The notes: generated by a model not told the origin, from the sequence alone. Positions 20,589-29,469 are shown, counted from the first letter of the stretch. The stretch is 37,588 nucleotides of DNA from a virus (IMGVR_UViG_2563366827_000004:1-37588), one strand, 5' to 3'. Made by a program: numbers and translations.

Positions 20589-20781
20589 AAAAAATCCCGA
20601 AACCGTTATGCAGGCTCTAACTATTACCTGCGAACTGTTTCGGGATTGCATTTTGCAGACCTCTCAGCCTGCGATGGTTGGAGTTCCAGACGATACGTCG
20701 AAGTGACCAACTAGGCGGAATCGGTAGTAAGCGCCGCCTCTTTTTATCTCACTACCACAACGAGCGAATTAACCCATCGTT
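20589..20781 (-). ncRNA. Lambda-type 6S RNA (pR' leader) ending at tR'
   Basis: Region matches the recalled lambda pR'-tR' segment almost base for base. tR' hairpin AAUCCCGAAAC...GUUUCGGGAUU plus U6 lies at about 20589-20646 on the minus strand. Confidence 0.6.
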
Positions 20782-20787
20782 GGGTCA

Positions 20788-20816
20788 AATTTACCCAACT
20801 TTATTCAAAAAGTCAA
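20788..20816 (-). promoter_or_regulatory. Late promoter pR' (-35 TTGACT, -10 TAAATT, 17-bp spacer) with Q-utilisation site
   Basis: Minus-strand TTGACTTTTTGAATAAAGTTGGGTAAATTTGACCC matches the recalled lambda pR'. Confidence 0.8.
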
Positions 20817-20858
20817 TATCATGCCGTTAATATGTTGCCATCCGTGGCAATCATGCTG

Positions 20859-21482
20859 CTAACGTGTGACCGCATTCAAGATATTGTCTGCGATTGACTC
20901 TTCCTTGTGGCATTGCACCACCAGAGCGTCATACAGCGGCTTAACAGTGCGTGACCAGGTGGGTTGAGTAAGGTTTGGGATTAGCATCGTTACAGCGCGA
21001 TATGCGGCGCTTGCTGGCATCCTTGAATAGCCGACACCTTTGCATCTTCCGCACTCTTTCTCAACAACTCTCCCCCACTGCTCTGTTTTTGCTATATCAA
21101 CCGCGCGGCCTGTACCGTGGCAATCTCTGCATCTTGCCCCCGGCGTCGCGGCACTACGGCAATAATCCGCATAAGCGAATGTTGCGAGCACTTGCAGTAC
21201 CTTTGCCCTAGTATTTCCTTCAAGCTTTGCCACACCACGGTATTTCCCCGATACCTTGTGTGCAAATTGCATCAGATAGTTGATAGCCTTTTGTTTGTCG
21301 TTCTGGCTGAGTTCATGCTTACCGCAGAATGCAGCCATTCCGAATCCGGCTTGTGATTGCGCCATCCCCATAGCAGCCATCACATCAGTACCGGAAAGAG
21401 AGTCAGAAGCCGTAGCCCGTGGTGAGTCGCTCATCATCGGGCTTTTTGGCGAATGAAATTTAGCTACGCTTTCGAGTCTCAT
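20859..21482 (-). CDS. Q: Late antiterminator Q
   Basis: 207 aa, near-identical to recalled lambda Q. Confidence 0.95.
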   Translation of the reverse strand: MRLESVAKFHSPKSPMMSDSPRATASDSLSGTDVMAAMGMAQSQAGFGMAAFCGKHELSQNDKQKAINYLMQFAHKVSGKYRGVAKLEGNTRAKVLQVLATFAYADYCRSAATPGARCRDCHGTGRAVDIAKTEQWGRVVEKECGRCKGVGYSRMPASAAYRAVTMLIPNLTQPTWSRTVKPLYDALVVQCHKEESIADNILNAVTR

Positions 21483-22144
21483 GCGCCTTCTCCCTGTACC
21501 TGAATCAATGTGAGGTTTCCGCAGAACACTGCGCCGGTATCGATATACATCTGGTTGGCAAACTTGAGTGGTTTCACTGCTGGCGTATGACCAAAGATGA
21601 ACGTGTCCGCGCCTTTGATTTCTTTCACGATCCCGTCTTGTGAGTTGCTGATTCGTTCGCGGTTCCAGATTACCTGCTGATGATCAACTGGCTTTCCAAA
21701 CTCGTATTCGTCACAAGGATAATCGGCGTGGCAGATGACATATTTTTTATCTTTGCTCACCAGTTCGATGATTAACGGAAGTTCTTCTGCTTTATGGGCA
21801 AGAGCTTTAGCCAGAGTTTCTTTGTCGTAATCGAGATTAAAGAACCAACTACCGCCATTAAGCAGCCAGTGATTGACGTTTCCGCGCTCTGATAAGCCAT
21901 CAATCATCATTTGCTCATGGTTTCCACGTACAGCTCTGAACCAGGGGAATGTGATTAATTCCAGGCATTCAACGTTCTCTGCACCACGATCAACCAAATC
22001 GCCCACCGAGATAAGCAGGTCTTTTTTGTTGTCGAATCCAATCGTATCCAGTTTGTTCATCAGGTTCGTGTAGCATCCGTGCAGATCGCCAACTACCCAA
22101 ATATTTCGGTATTTGCTGCCATCAATTTTTTCGTAATAGCGCAT
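21479..22144 (-). CDS. ninI: Ser/Thr protein phosphatase NinI (lambda PPase)
   Basis: From [25 protein letters not shown]... (GDxHG, GDxVDRG, GNHE motifs), 221 aa. The track's upstream extension overlaps ninH and is not used. Confidence 0.9.
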   Translation of the reverse strand: MRYYEKIDGSKYRNIWVVGDLHGCYTNLMNKLDTIGFDNKKDLLISVGDLVDRGAENVECLELITFPWFRAVRGNHEQMMIDGLSERGNVNHWLLNGGSWFFNLDYDKETLAKALAHKAEELPLIIELVSKDKKYVICHADYPCDEYEFGKPVDHQQVIWNRERISNSQDGIVKEIKGADTFIFGHTPAVKPLKFANQMYIDTGAVFCGNLTLIQVQGEGA

Positions 22145-22328
22145 CTCTTTCACTCCATCCGCGATGAACCATGAGAACGTCGTTGACGATGGCGTGCATT
22201 TTCCCGTCTTTATCATCAACGTATTTTCTGACCGTACCGCGACTACATTTCAGTCTGCGAGCTACTTCTGTCTGGTTTCCGTATGCTTCAACGAGCATGT
22301 CTGGAATGGTTTTTACTGAGAACGTCAT
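22122..22328 (-). CDS. ninH: NinH
   Basis: 68 aa, matches recalled lambda NinH. Confidence 0.85.
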   Translation of the reverse strand: MTFSVKTIPDMLVEAYGNQTEVARRLKCSRGTVRKYVDDKDGKMHAIVNDVLMVHRGWSERDALLRKN

Positions 22329-22936
22329 GCGGCCTCACTTCTGCTATTTCGCAGGTCTTTGAGTTTCTGTTGGTACTCTGCCTTGATCGCCTTGCACTCT
22401 TCGATAGTCCAGCGATGGCGGTTATGGTTTGATTCGATTTCGTCTACTGCTTCCTGCCCGATTCGGTTAATCAGTTCGACGCGATACGGAACAAGATTTC
22501 CGCTTTTGTGCTGGTTGCACACCACGCATTGCTTGTGAATATTGCGTTCATCAAATCGGAGTTGAGGTGCCGCAGCAGTTGTCCGGTAATGCCCGGCATC
22601 CCACTGAGCAGACGTGAGCGTTCCGCACGAGATACATGGTAAGTCGCGGTCTCTTTCTCTGATGAAGGCGTTTACGGCTTGCTGGGCTTGTTTAATCCAG
22701 TAACTGCGGGGCTTTAAGGCGAGTTTTCGAATCTTCAGTTTATCTTTCTGTTTCTGCTCCTCTCGTCGTCGTTTCTTCTCTGCTGCTTTTTCCGCTTTTT
22801 CGCGTTCTTTGCTTCGTCGTTCGAGTGCTATCTTTGTTCCACACTCTGGAGAGCACCACCACTGATTAGCGAATGCAGGGTGAAACCATTCCCGACATTC
22901 TTCGTTTTTACATCGTCTTCGCGCTGGTTTAGCCAT
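22325..22936 (-). CDS. ninG: NinG (Rap) recombination-associated protein
   Basis: 203 aa, [20 protein letters not shown]..., matches recalled lambda NinG. Confidence 0.9.
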   Translation of the reverse strand: MAKPARRRCKNEECREWFHPAFANQWWCSPECGTKIALERRSKEREKAEKAAEKKRRREEQKQKDKLKIRKLALKPRSYWIKQAQQAVNAFIRERDRDLPCISCGTLTSAQWDAGHYRTTAAAPQLRFDERNIHKQCVVCNQHKSGNLVPYRVELINRIGQEAVDEIESNHNRHRWTIEECKAIKAEYQQKLKDLRNSRSEAA

Positions 22937-23105
22937 CGTCTTCTTCCTCGTACATTGAGCTATTCGGATCGCTCATCAGTTCTGCGCAGCAGTGCTCACA
23001 CACGTGAACTTCCAGCACATGCAGCTTCTGACCGCAGTTAGCGCACGTTAAAGCCCGCTCGACGCTTTCTTTCTGGTATTGAATGGATTGGGATGGGCTA
23101 AGCAT
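22929..23105 (-). CDS. ninF: NinF
   Basis: 58-aa [43 protein letters not shown]..., below the track cutoff; stop overlaps the ninG start. Confidence 0.8.
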   Translation of the reverse strand: MLSPSQSIQYQKESVERALTCANCGQKLHVLEVHVCEHCCAELMSDPNSSMYEEEDDG

Positions 23106-23470
23106 TATTGGATTCTCTGCATCATGAGAAAGACAATCATGGCGGCTCGGAGGGGATTTTCATGTATAGCTCGCTTAGATTTACAGTAGGCCACACCGCG
23201 TGCACCCCACTCATCTTCATCGAGATTGATAATGCTAATCCTGTATTTTTCAATAATCGGCCATGCGTCTGCTGGGTTTGCGCATGGGTTAAAGGATCCG
23301 CGCTCAACTTCTACTTCAACTGCGTCTCCGTTTACAATGTCTCCCTCAAATGAGACAAACACCATATCGCCATTCTCACCTTCTTTGTAATCCGGTGATC
23401 CGTTATGAATGGCTTCGAATACCGCCACGTTAATTTCAAAATCACTTAACTGTGAATAATCCATTGTCAT
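23105..23470 (-). CDS. NinX-like protein
   Basis: 121 aa from [14 protein letters not shown]...; ATGA overlap with the ninE stop; sits where P22-type phages carry ninX. Confidence 0.5.
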   Translation of the reverse strand: MTMDYSQLSDFEINVAVFEAIHNGSPDYKEGENGDMVFVSFEGDIVNGDAVEVEVERGSFNPCANPADAWPIIEKYRISIINLDEDEWGARGVAYCKSKRAIHENPLRAAMIVFLMMQRIQ

Positions 23471-23643
23471 TTCCTCGCACGATGTCTTAGCCACCGGATA
23501 TCCCACAGGTGAGCCGTGTAGTTGAAGGTTTTTACGTCAGATTCTTTTGGGATTGGCTTGCGTTTATTTCTGGAGCGTTTCGTTGGAAGGTATTTGCAGT
23601 TTTCGCAGATGATGTCGGTGATGCTTCGTCGCTGTCGTCTCAT
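23467..23643 (-). CDS. ninE: NinE
   Basis: [51 protein letters not shown]... matches recalled lambda NinE. Confidence 0.85.
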   Translation of the reverse strand: MRRQRRSITDIICENCKYLPTKRSRNKRKPIPKESDVKTFNYTAHLWDIRWLRHRARK

Positions 23644-24167
23644 TCTGCCCTCCTGACGCCCTGCCCGATCGCCATCAATGCCGCTTTGGATACGGTAGTA
23701 AACATCCGTCGAGGACTGATGAACGGTCGCCAAATCAGCAGCATGGAGCCTTTGCTGTTTCCCTTCTTCTCCAGCCCTGTCGATGGTTCGATAAAATTAA
23801 TCCGTCCATCAGTGATAATGCGAACTTCGTCGACACTCTCCAGAGCCTTGCTGAACCATCCGACTGACATATCCTCTGGCACAAGCATAACTACCGTCTG
23901 TCGCTGTTGTATGCACTGCTCAGCGGCTTTATCCACCCACGGCCTGATATTGCTGTACGGTGGGTTATTCCAGATTGCACCGTGGCTTACCCACTCAGAA
24001 TTGAGCGCGTCGTCGGCCTCAGTTAGCCAGTGAGCACACAGAGCATTTTTGTCGCTCGCTGCCGAATCCAGCCAGAATCCAAACTCAATATCCAGTGCAT
24101 CAAAAAGCCAAAGCGGCGTTTGCCAGCAGTCCTTGTCGTGTGCTGGCGTATTTGATTTGATAGTCAT
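23640..24167 (-). CDS. Phage Dam-like DNA N6-adenine methyltransferase (orphan)
   Basis: 175 aa from [25 protein letters not shown]...; NPPY catalytic motif ([10 protein letters not shown]); no adjacent restriction gene. Confidence 0.7.
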   Translation of the reverse strand: MTIKSNTPAHDKDCWQTPLWLFDALDIEFGFWLDSAASDKNALCAHWLTEADDALNSEWVSHGAIWNNPPYSNIRPWVDKAAEQCIQQRQTVVMLVPEDMSVGWFSKALESVDEVRIITDGRINFIEPSTGLEKKGNSKGSMLLIWRPFISPRRMFTTVSKAALMAIGQGVRRAE

Positions 24168-24604
24168 GCAGCCCGATCTCCCCATCGCGCTTTCCACTCC
24201 AGAGCCAGTCGCGCTTCGTCTGACCACTTAACGCCACGCTCTGTACCGAATGCCTGTATAAGCTCTAATAGCTCCGCAAATTCGCTTACACGCATCCTGC
24301 TGGTTGACTGGCCTATTACCACAAAGCCATTCCCGGCAAGGTTAGGAACAACATCCTGCTGCTTTAATGCTGCGGTAAACACACACTTCCAGCTTTCTGC
24401 ATCCAGCCAGCGACCATGCCATTCAACCTGACGAGAGACGTCACCTAAGCAGGCCCATAGCTTCCTGTTTTGGTCTAAGCTGCGGTTGCGTTCCTGAATG
24501 GTTACTACGATTGGTTTGGTTGGGTCTGGAAGAATTTGCTGTACTGCGTGAATAGCGTTTTGCTGATGTGCTGGAGATCGAATTTCAAAGGTTAGTTTTT
24601 TCAT
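24164..24604 (-). CDS. ninB: NinB (Orf) recombination mediator
   Basis: From MKKLTFEIRSPAHQQNAIHAVQQILPDPTKPIVV..., near-identical to recalled lambda NinB. Confidence 0.9.
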   Translation of the reverse strand: MKKLTFEIRSPAHQQNAIHAVQQILPDPTKPIVVTIQERNRSLDQNRKLWACLGDVSRQVEWHGRWLDAESWKCVFTAALKQQDVVPNLAGNGFVVIGQSTSRMRVSEFAELLELIQAFGTERGVKWSDEARLALEWKARWGDRAA

Positions 24605-24620
24605 GACTTCCCTCTCCCCC

Positions 24621-24652
24621 AAATAAAAAGGCCTGCGATTACCAGCAGGCCT
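24621..24652 (-). terminator. tR2-like intrinsic terminator between helicase gene and nin region
   Basis: Minus-strand hairpin AGGCCUGC-N8-GCAGGCCU (8-bp perfect stem) followed by UUUUUAUUU. Confidence 0.6.
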
Positions 24653-24677
24653 GTTATTAGCTCAGTGATGTAGATGG

Positions 24678-26054
24678 TCATACGTCCGCCCCTTGTGCAT
24701 ATCGTCTGCCACGCGCAGCAGGTGCATTTGATGCTGTGCAAATCTGTCTGGCTTCATCCTGGTCACATGCAACAAAGTGTCCGTTGCAGAACCGCTGGTA
24801 AACCGTACCAAGTGAGCCAAAACGGTTTTTTGTCACAATGATTTCAGCAAATGGTGCGGCGCTACTGTTCTCGTCATATACCGCTTCCCGATAGAGCATG
24901 ATGATTGAGTCTGCGTCCTGTTCAATGCTTCCAGAATCACGCAAATCTGCGTTTGTCGGGCGTTTGTTTGGTCGCTTCTCAACATCGCGCGAAAGCTGAC
25001 TCAGGGAGATAACAGGCGTTTTCAGGTCTTTCGCCATCGCCTTCAGGCTTCCGGAGATGTGAGCAATTGCGAGGTCGTTGCGGTCTGCTTTCGGCTTCTC
25101 AATCAGGCCAAGATAATCCGCCATGATGAGTGACAGGTTTGGATTTTCCTGTTTATGCCGTTCTGCGATTGAGCGTATTTCTTCGACCGATAACCGCGAG
25201 GCATCGACTACCCATACATCCAAATCTGCAAGCTGACTCATGCCGTTAGCAACACGCGCCCAGCCTTCGTCATCCATCGATGCAGGATTTCGCAGTACGC
25301 TAACCGACATCCTCCCGGCGTTGGCAATGCTTCGCTCTGCAATCTGCAATGCGCTCATTTCCATCGAGAAAATCAACACTCCGCGCCTGACGTCAGAACC
25401 AGGAATAACGCGGCTTGCAACGCCTTCGGCAATCTTCAGCGCCAGTTCGGTTTTCCCCATACCAGGACGAGCAGCGATTATCACCAGGTCTTCCGCGTTC
25501 ATCCCTCCGGTGATGGCATCAAGTTCTTCGATTCCGGTCTTCAGGGTATCTGACTCTTCTCCGTTCCTCAGACGCCTGTCAAGCGTGTCAGTGTAGTCAG
25601 TGATGATTTCCCCTAACCGTACAGGTTTAACCTCGTCACGGGGCTTTCTGATGGCTGAAAGACGCTTTACAAGTTCATCCATCGCCTGACTCGATGCGTC
25701 GATGGTTCCGCTCTGAATTGGTTCACGCATTTCATCCATGATTTCCAGCACCAGACGGCGGTGATAGTTATCCGCGACCATTCCGGCATATCCCTTCAGG
25801 TTTGCGGCACTCGGGCAGTTTTTGCTGGTCATCAGGATTGACGTGAAATGCTCCTCTCCGCACGCCTCGGCAACCATCAGCGCATCGATTAGGTTTCTGT
25901 TTCTCGCCTGCTTGCGGATAACCTCGAAGGCTTTCCGGTAGAGCGGAATTGAAAACGCTTCCGGCTCCAGCGTTGCAAGAACGTCACTGGCGGTTGGAGT
26001 TAATCCACCAATCAGCAGGCCACCGATAACGCTCGCTTCGATATCCTGTCTCAT
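24678..26054 (-). CDS. Replicative DNA helicase, DnaB family
   Basis: 458 aa; Walker A ARPGMGKT and DnaB-like C-terminal domain; at the P22 gene 12 position downstream of O. Confidence 0.85.
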   Translation of the reverse strand: MRQDIEASVIGGLLIGGLTPTASDVLATLEPEAFSIPLYRKAFEVIRKQARNRNLIDALMVAEACGEEHFTSILMTSKNCPSAANLKGYAGMVADNYHRRLVLEIMDEMREPIQSGTIDASSQAMDELVKRLSAIRKPRDEVKPVRLGEIITDYTDTLDRRLRNGEESDTLKTGIEELDAITGGMNAEDLVIIAARPGMGKTELALKIAEGVASRVIPGSDVRRGVLIFSMEMSALQIAERSIANAGRMSVSVLRNPASMDDEGWARVANGMSQLADLDVWVVDASRLSVEEIRSIAERHKQENPNLSLIMADYLGLIEKPKADRNDLAIAHISGSLKAMAKDLKTPVISLSQLSRDVEKRPNKRPTNADLRDSGSIEQDADSIIMLYREAVYDENSSAAPFAEIIVTKNRFGSLGTVYQRFCNGHFVACDQDEARQICTASNAPAARGRRYAQGADV

Positions 26055-26998
26055 GCAATCCCCCTGTCTGCAAACTTCCCTTCCCGAACTCCCGTTAACG
26101 AGTCTTCTCTCAGCAGGTAATCAAAATCAGCCGTCCAGCCCGTGTCGTTGTCTCCGAAGTAAAACGGCTTGGCCTGATGCACAAACGCCCTGACATACGC
26201 TCTGAAACCGTCCACGTTTGGCGTTTTCAGTTGCGGGATGATTTTCTTCAGGCGGCGTTTTCGTTTCTCGTTGACCGCAACAGCGTGTGGCAGTCTGTCA
26301 CCGACTTCGGTGTTGTAGGCGTTCAGGAAGGATTCGTAGTCGATTCGTTCTGCCTTGCGACGTTCAGGTTTAACCTGCCCATCGCCTCCCCCATTGGGGG
26401 GTAGGGGGGTATTATTTATATTCTTGTTAATACCTTCTTGTTCATGATGTGCGGTTGTTTGTGCGGCTTCATGTGCGCTTTCATGTGCGGCATGTACGCT
26501 GAAAGCCGCGCTATTGCTGGCTTCATCATGTGCGGCATCATGTGCGGTTGTTTGTGCGGCTTCATGTGCGGGTAAATTGTCCATTTTTTGAGCATATTCA
26601 TGGTAATTTGTGATGGTTATCACACGGCCTTTTTGCTTCTCTCCATCAATGGAGATCATCCCCTCTTTCACAAAAACCTGAAGCATCCGCTCAACCTGAT
26701 CACGGCTTGCTGGCTTGCCATGTCTGTCGCATAACTGAAGACCTAAATCAGCTGCTGTCACAACCAGTTGACCGGGTTGCAGATGCCATTCATGACCTTT
26801 GAAATTCGCTTTGTATGGCTTTCTGGCGGCATTCAGGAGAAGGTTTTCCCACAGGGTGCGAAGATAAACATCTTTCGCCCATGACTGTTTCAGAATGCTC
26901 CGGTACAACGGAATGTAACCAGTTTTCTGGTTCTCCATCCTGTTGCTCCTGCGCTCGTGTGCGGCGCTGAAATCGTAGATTTTTGCTGTATTGCTCAT
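26051..26998 (-). CDS. O: Replication initiator O-like protein
   Basis: 315 aa; N-terminus [10 protein letters not shown] resembles lambda O (MTNTAKILNF); iteron array inside the gene; 4-bp overlap with the helicase gene. Confidence 0.75.
   Translation of the reverse strand: MSNTAKIYDFSAAHERRSNRMENQKTGYIPLYRSILKQSWAKDVYLRTLWENLLLNAARKPYKANFKGHEWHLQPGQLVVTAADLGLQLCDRHGKPASRDQVERMLQVFVKEGMISIDGEKQKGRVITITNYHEYAQKMDNLPAHEAAQTTAHDAAHDEASNSAAFSVHAAHESAHEAAQTTAHHEQEGINKNINNTPLPPNGGGDGQVKPERRKAERIDYESFLNAYNTEVGDRLPHAVAVNEKRKRRLKKIIPQLKTPNVDGFRAYVRAFVHQAKPFYFGDNDTGWTADFDYLLREDSLTGVREGKFADRGIA
26441..26571. repeat. Origin-like iteron array (~9 tandem copies of a 12-bp unit nnTCATGTGCGG) with adjacent AT-rich block
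   Basis: Tandem units seen directly; AT-rich stretch at about 26400-26440, downstream in the direction of O as in the lambda origin. Confidence 0.5.
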
Positions 26999-27000
26999 AA

Positions 27001-27273
27001 CTACCTGCCTTGACGAAAGACCTTAAGAACATCGTTAAACTGACTTACGGATATGTCTTCTTTGAGAAGCTTTTCCAGAAATGCGTTTGGAATGAACGTA
27101 TATCCCTCCTCTTTTGGTAGAGACGGGAGCAACGCCCTCGCCTCAGCCTTCAGAAGCTCAGTTCTGGCAACTTTCACAAAAGAGATTTGAGTTCTTTCAT
27201 CAATGGAACGAAGGAAGCGCAAACGCTTAGCTTCTTTGTGTGTATCAGGTGGATTAAAGCCTTTGTTTCGCAT
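27001..27273 (-). CDS. Hypothetical basic 90-aa protein between cII and O
   Basis: ATG at 27273 preceded by GAGGT; 22 bp after the cII stop and 2 bp before the O start. Taken from inside the longer track ORF 27001..27546. Confidence 0.55.
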   Translation of the reverse strand: MRNKGFNPPDTHKEAKRLRFLRSIDERTQISFVKVARTELLKAEARALLPSLPKEEGYTFIPNAFLEKLLKEDISVSQFNDVLKVFRQGR

Positions 27274-27295
27274 ATAATTACCTCGTTGGATGTTG

Positions 27296-27589
27296 TTAAA
27301 ATTCCATTTGTATTTGATCAGAACGCTCGGTTGCCGCCGGGCGTTTTTTATTGGTGAGAATCGAAGCAACTTGTCGTGCCAATCGAGCCATGTCGTCGTC
27401 GACAACACCCCATTCAAGAACAGCAAGCAGCATTGAGAACTTTGGAATCCAGTCCCTCTTCCACCTGCTGATCTGCGACTTATCAACGCCCACAGCTTCC
27501 GCTGTCTTCTCAGTTCCAAGCATTGCGATTTTGTTAAGCAACGCACTCTCGATTCTTAGAGCCTCGTTGCGTTTGTTTGCACGAACCAT
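27296..27589 (-). CDS. cII: Transcriptional activator CII
   Basis: 97 aa from MVRANKRNEALRIESALLNKIAMLGTEKTAEAVGVDKSQISRWKRDWIPKFSMLLAVLEWGV..., near-identical to recalled lambda CII. Confidence 0.95.
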   Translation of the reverse strand: MVRANKRNEALRIESALLNKIAMLGTEKTAEAVGVDKSQISRWKRDWIPKFSMLLAVLEWGVVDDDMARLARQVASILTNKKRPAATERSDQIQMEF

Positions 27590-27600
27590 ATGTAAGTATT

Positions 27601-27640
27601 TCCTTAACAAATAAGAAGTTATGCGCATCAACTTATGCGC
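27601..27640 (-). terminator. tR1-like hairpin between nutR and cII
   Basis: Minus-strand GCGCAU-N6-AUGCGC followed by a U-rich tract; weak. Confidence 0.3.
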
Positions 27641-27647
27641 GTTGTAT

Positions 27648-27691
27648 TCCCGCATTTCGGCGGGAATGAGGACCATGACTGTTAAAGAGCG
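27648..27691 (-). promoter_or_regulatory. nutR (boxA CGCTCTTTAACA and boxB hairpin)
   Basis: Minus-strand boxA is a perfect consensus, followed by a 6-bp stem hairpin UCCCGC-CGAAAU-GCGGGA, between cro and cII. Confidence 0.7.
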
Positions 27692-27697
27692 GTGTTA

Positions 27698-27892
27698 CTA
27701 TTTGTTTTTCTTGTTGCTTGGGAAAGGACGAACTTCCTCTCCAATCACACTGCCATCAGGCTTTACCGTAACCATAATGTTACGGCCTGCCAGAATGGCC
27801 TTGCTGATAGCGCACTGGATTACACCAAAGTCACTGGCTGCTTTAGCCTGTCCATGGATTTTGGCGTAATCGGCAAGTGTCATTCGAATCAT
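27698..27892 (-). CDS. cro: Cro repressor
   Basis: [62 protein letters not shown] aligns with recalled lambda Cro; ATG 27892 sits 6 nt after GGAGA. Confidence 0.9.
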   Translation of the reverse strand: MIRMTLADYAKIHGQAKAASDFGVIQCAISKAILAGRNIMVTVKPDGSVIGEEVRPFPSNKKNK

Positions 27893-27921
27893 ATGCACTC
27901 TCCGTTATTAACCATGAACAA

Positions 27922-27992
27922 AGAATACTACAGGTATTCAAAGCAATCAATACTTAGGGTATTTTTAGTTTAAGTACCTTAGCTATTAGAAT
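27922..27992. promoter_or_regulatory. OR operator region with divergent pR and pRM
   Basis: Palindromic sites AATACTACAGGTATT (27924-27938), AATACTTAGGGTATT (27949-27963) and a degenerate third (about 27972-27987). Minus-strand pR: -35 TTGATT, 17 bp, -10 TATTCT. cI ATG has no SD, so probably leaderless from pRM. Confidence 0.65.
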
Positions 27993-27998
27993 TAAGCT

Positions 27999-28715
27999 AT
28001 GGAAAATAAAAAATCACTGACGACAGAACAGCTGGAAGACGCTAAGCGGCTTAAGGCTTTGTATGAGTCAAAAAAGAAAGAATTGGGAATAACCCAATAC
28101 TCAATCGCTGATGAACTGGGTATCACCCAAGGAGCGGTAGGGCATTATCTTAATGGCAGAAATGCGCTAAACGTTGAGGTTGCATCTGGTTTTGCACGAT
28201 TGTTGCAAGTCTCAATTGCTGATTTTAGCCAGTCAATTGCTGCCAAGGTTGCAGAACAGGCAGAAAGCCTTAAGAGCGATGCCAACGTAAGGTATGCAGG
28301 GGAATACAGAGCAGGAAAGAGGTATCCGGTGTTAAGCAGTATCCAGGCTGGCTCGTGGTGTGAAGCATGCGAACCATACACCATTAAAGACATAGATGTT
28401 TGGCTTGAGTCTGACGCGCATATTCAAGGTAATGCGTTCTGGCTTAAAGTGGAAGGTGATTCAATGACGGCACCGGTTGGGTTAAGCATTCCAGAGGGAA
28501 CATTCGTTCTTTTCGATACCGGAAGGGAGGCGATCAACGGCAGCTTGGTCATAGCAAAACTTTCTGACTCTAACGAAGCAACATTCAAGAAGCTGATAAT
28601 CGACGGCGGAAATAAATACCTCAAGGGACTTAATCCTGCATGGCCTCTCGTGCCAATCAATGGAAACTGCAAGATTATAGGCGTTGCAATTGAGACAAAA
28701 CTCAGACTGGTTTGA
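27999..28715 (+). CDS. cI: CI repressor (lambda-CI-like, LexA-type autocleaving C-terminal domain)
   Basis: 238 aa; aligns with recalled lambda CI along its length (TQEQLEDA.RLKA.YE.KK.ELG...FWL.VEG.SMTAP...FTFKKLI.D) but the HTH recognition-helix region differs. Confidence 0.9.
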   Translation: MENKKSLTTEQLEDAKRLKALYESKKKELGITQYSIADELGITQGAVGHYLNGRNALNVEVASGFARLLQVSIADFSQSIAAKVAEQAESLKSDANVRYAGEYRAGKRYPVLSSIQAGSWCEACEPYTIKDIDVWLESDAHIQGNAFWLKVEGDSMTAPVGLSIPEGTFVLFDTGREAINGSLVIAKLSDSNEATFKKLIIDGGNKYLKGLNPAWPLVPINGNCKIIGVAIETKLRLV

Positions 28716-28733
28716 TCACGCAAGGGGGCGCTT

Positions 28734-29102
28734 ATGGTTGGAACCGCTATAGCAAGCTTTTTTGGGATGTTGGCAATCTCGACAATTTACGGCTTAGCGC
28801 ATGCTTTTATTGCGAAATCTCTATCAGAAAAAATAAGCCAGGCTTGGGCGCATAGATCAGCTCGTTTCATGATTCTGGTGATCATAGCAATACAAGGGAT
28901 ATCTGCATTTATCCTCTATGGATCAAGCTTATACCTATTGTATCAAGGCGCGACATTTACGCCTTACACCAGTGATTACGGAACTCTATACGATGGTAGT
29001 GAAGACATCACTGTGGCTTGGATCGTCTTTGGTTTATCTATGGCCGTGTCTGTTGTAGCAGACATCATTAAGGTAATTCTCGTCTTAACCTTCGCTGACT
29101 AA
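28734..29102 (+). CDS. Hypothetical 3-TM membrane protein, rexAB-position gene
   Basis: 122 aa; AGGGGG RBS 5 nt upstream; starts 18 bp after the cI stop; three hydrophobic segments (about aa 2-27, 45-70, 92-120). Confidence 0.7.
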   Translation: MVGTAIASFFGMLAISTIYGLAHAFIAKSLSEKISQAWAHRSARFMILVIIAIQGISAFILYGSSLYLLYQGATFTPYTSDYGTLYDGSEDITVAWIVFGLSMAVSVVADIIKVILVLTFAD

Positions 29103-29233
29103 CCTATAATCCCGGCAGCAATAGCTATCGGGATCCACTTCACATATCCCGCATAAAAAGCACTGAACAAGCAGACACCGAAAAAATAAATATCCTTTGT
29201 ATTCATTTGCTTATCATTATTTCATCAAAAATA

Positions 29234-29275
29234 AATACCTTGGGTATTTACACAATAAAATACCTACAGTATTCT
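29234..29275 (+). promoter_or_regulatory. OL operators and pL promoter
   Basis: AATACCTTGGGTATT (29234-29248) and AATACCTACAGTATT (29259-29273), same palindrome family as OR; -35 TTTACA (29247-29252), 17 bp, -10 TATTCT (29270-29275). Confidence 0.6.
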
Positions 29276-29321
29276 TTAGCCATCAGCAGGAAGCTGGAAG
29301 CCAAACGGAAAAGATTGGCAG

Positions 29322-29362
29322 GCTCTTTAACATTGATGGGATTGTCCCGCCGAAATGCGGGA
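29322..29362 (+). promoter_or_regulatory. nutL (boxA GCTCTTTAACA and boxB hairpin)
   Basis: boxB TCCCGC-CGAAAT-GCGGGA is identical to the nutR boxB. Confidence 0.7.
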
Positions 29363-29469
29363 ACCAAAGAGTAATTGGCTTTGGGGTGACGTGAAGTGCA
29401 GCTGCACGACGGCAACCGGAAGATAAGCACCCGGCGCGTCACCGCCAAAGTCAATCATCGGAGGTCAAC

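Noticed and set aside
25240-25596. 118-aa plus-strand ORF
   Set aside because: Antisense within the DnaB-type helicase gene.
26441-26571. Possible CRISPR array
   Set aside because: Repeats are contiguous 12-bp units without spacers and lie inside a replication gene; no cas genes. Interpreted as origin iterons.
26416-26601. 61-aa minus-strand ORF with MKPHKQPH repeats
   Set aside because: Alternative-frame artefact of the iteron repeats inside the O gene.
29105-29110. Perfect TATAAT hexamer just after the membrane-protein gene stop
   Set aside because: No convincing -35 partner at 17 bp spacing; could be chance in AT-rich DNA, so not called as a promoter.
29248-29454. 68-aa minus-strand ORF
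   Set aside because: Overlaps OL/pL and nutL on the opposite strand; regulatory DNA, not coding.
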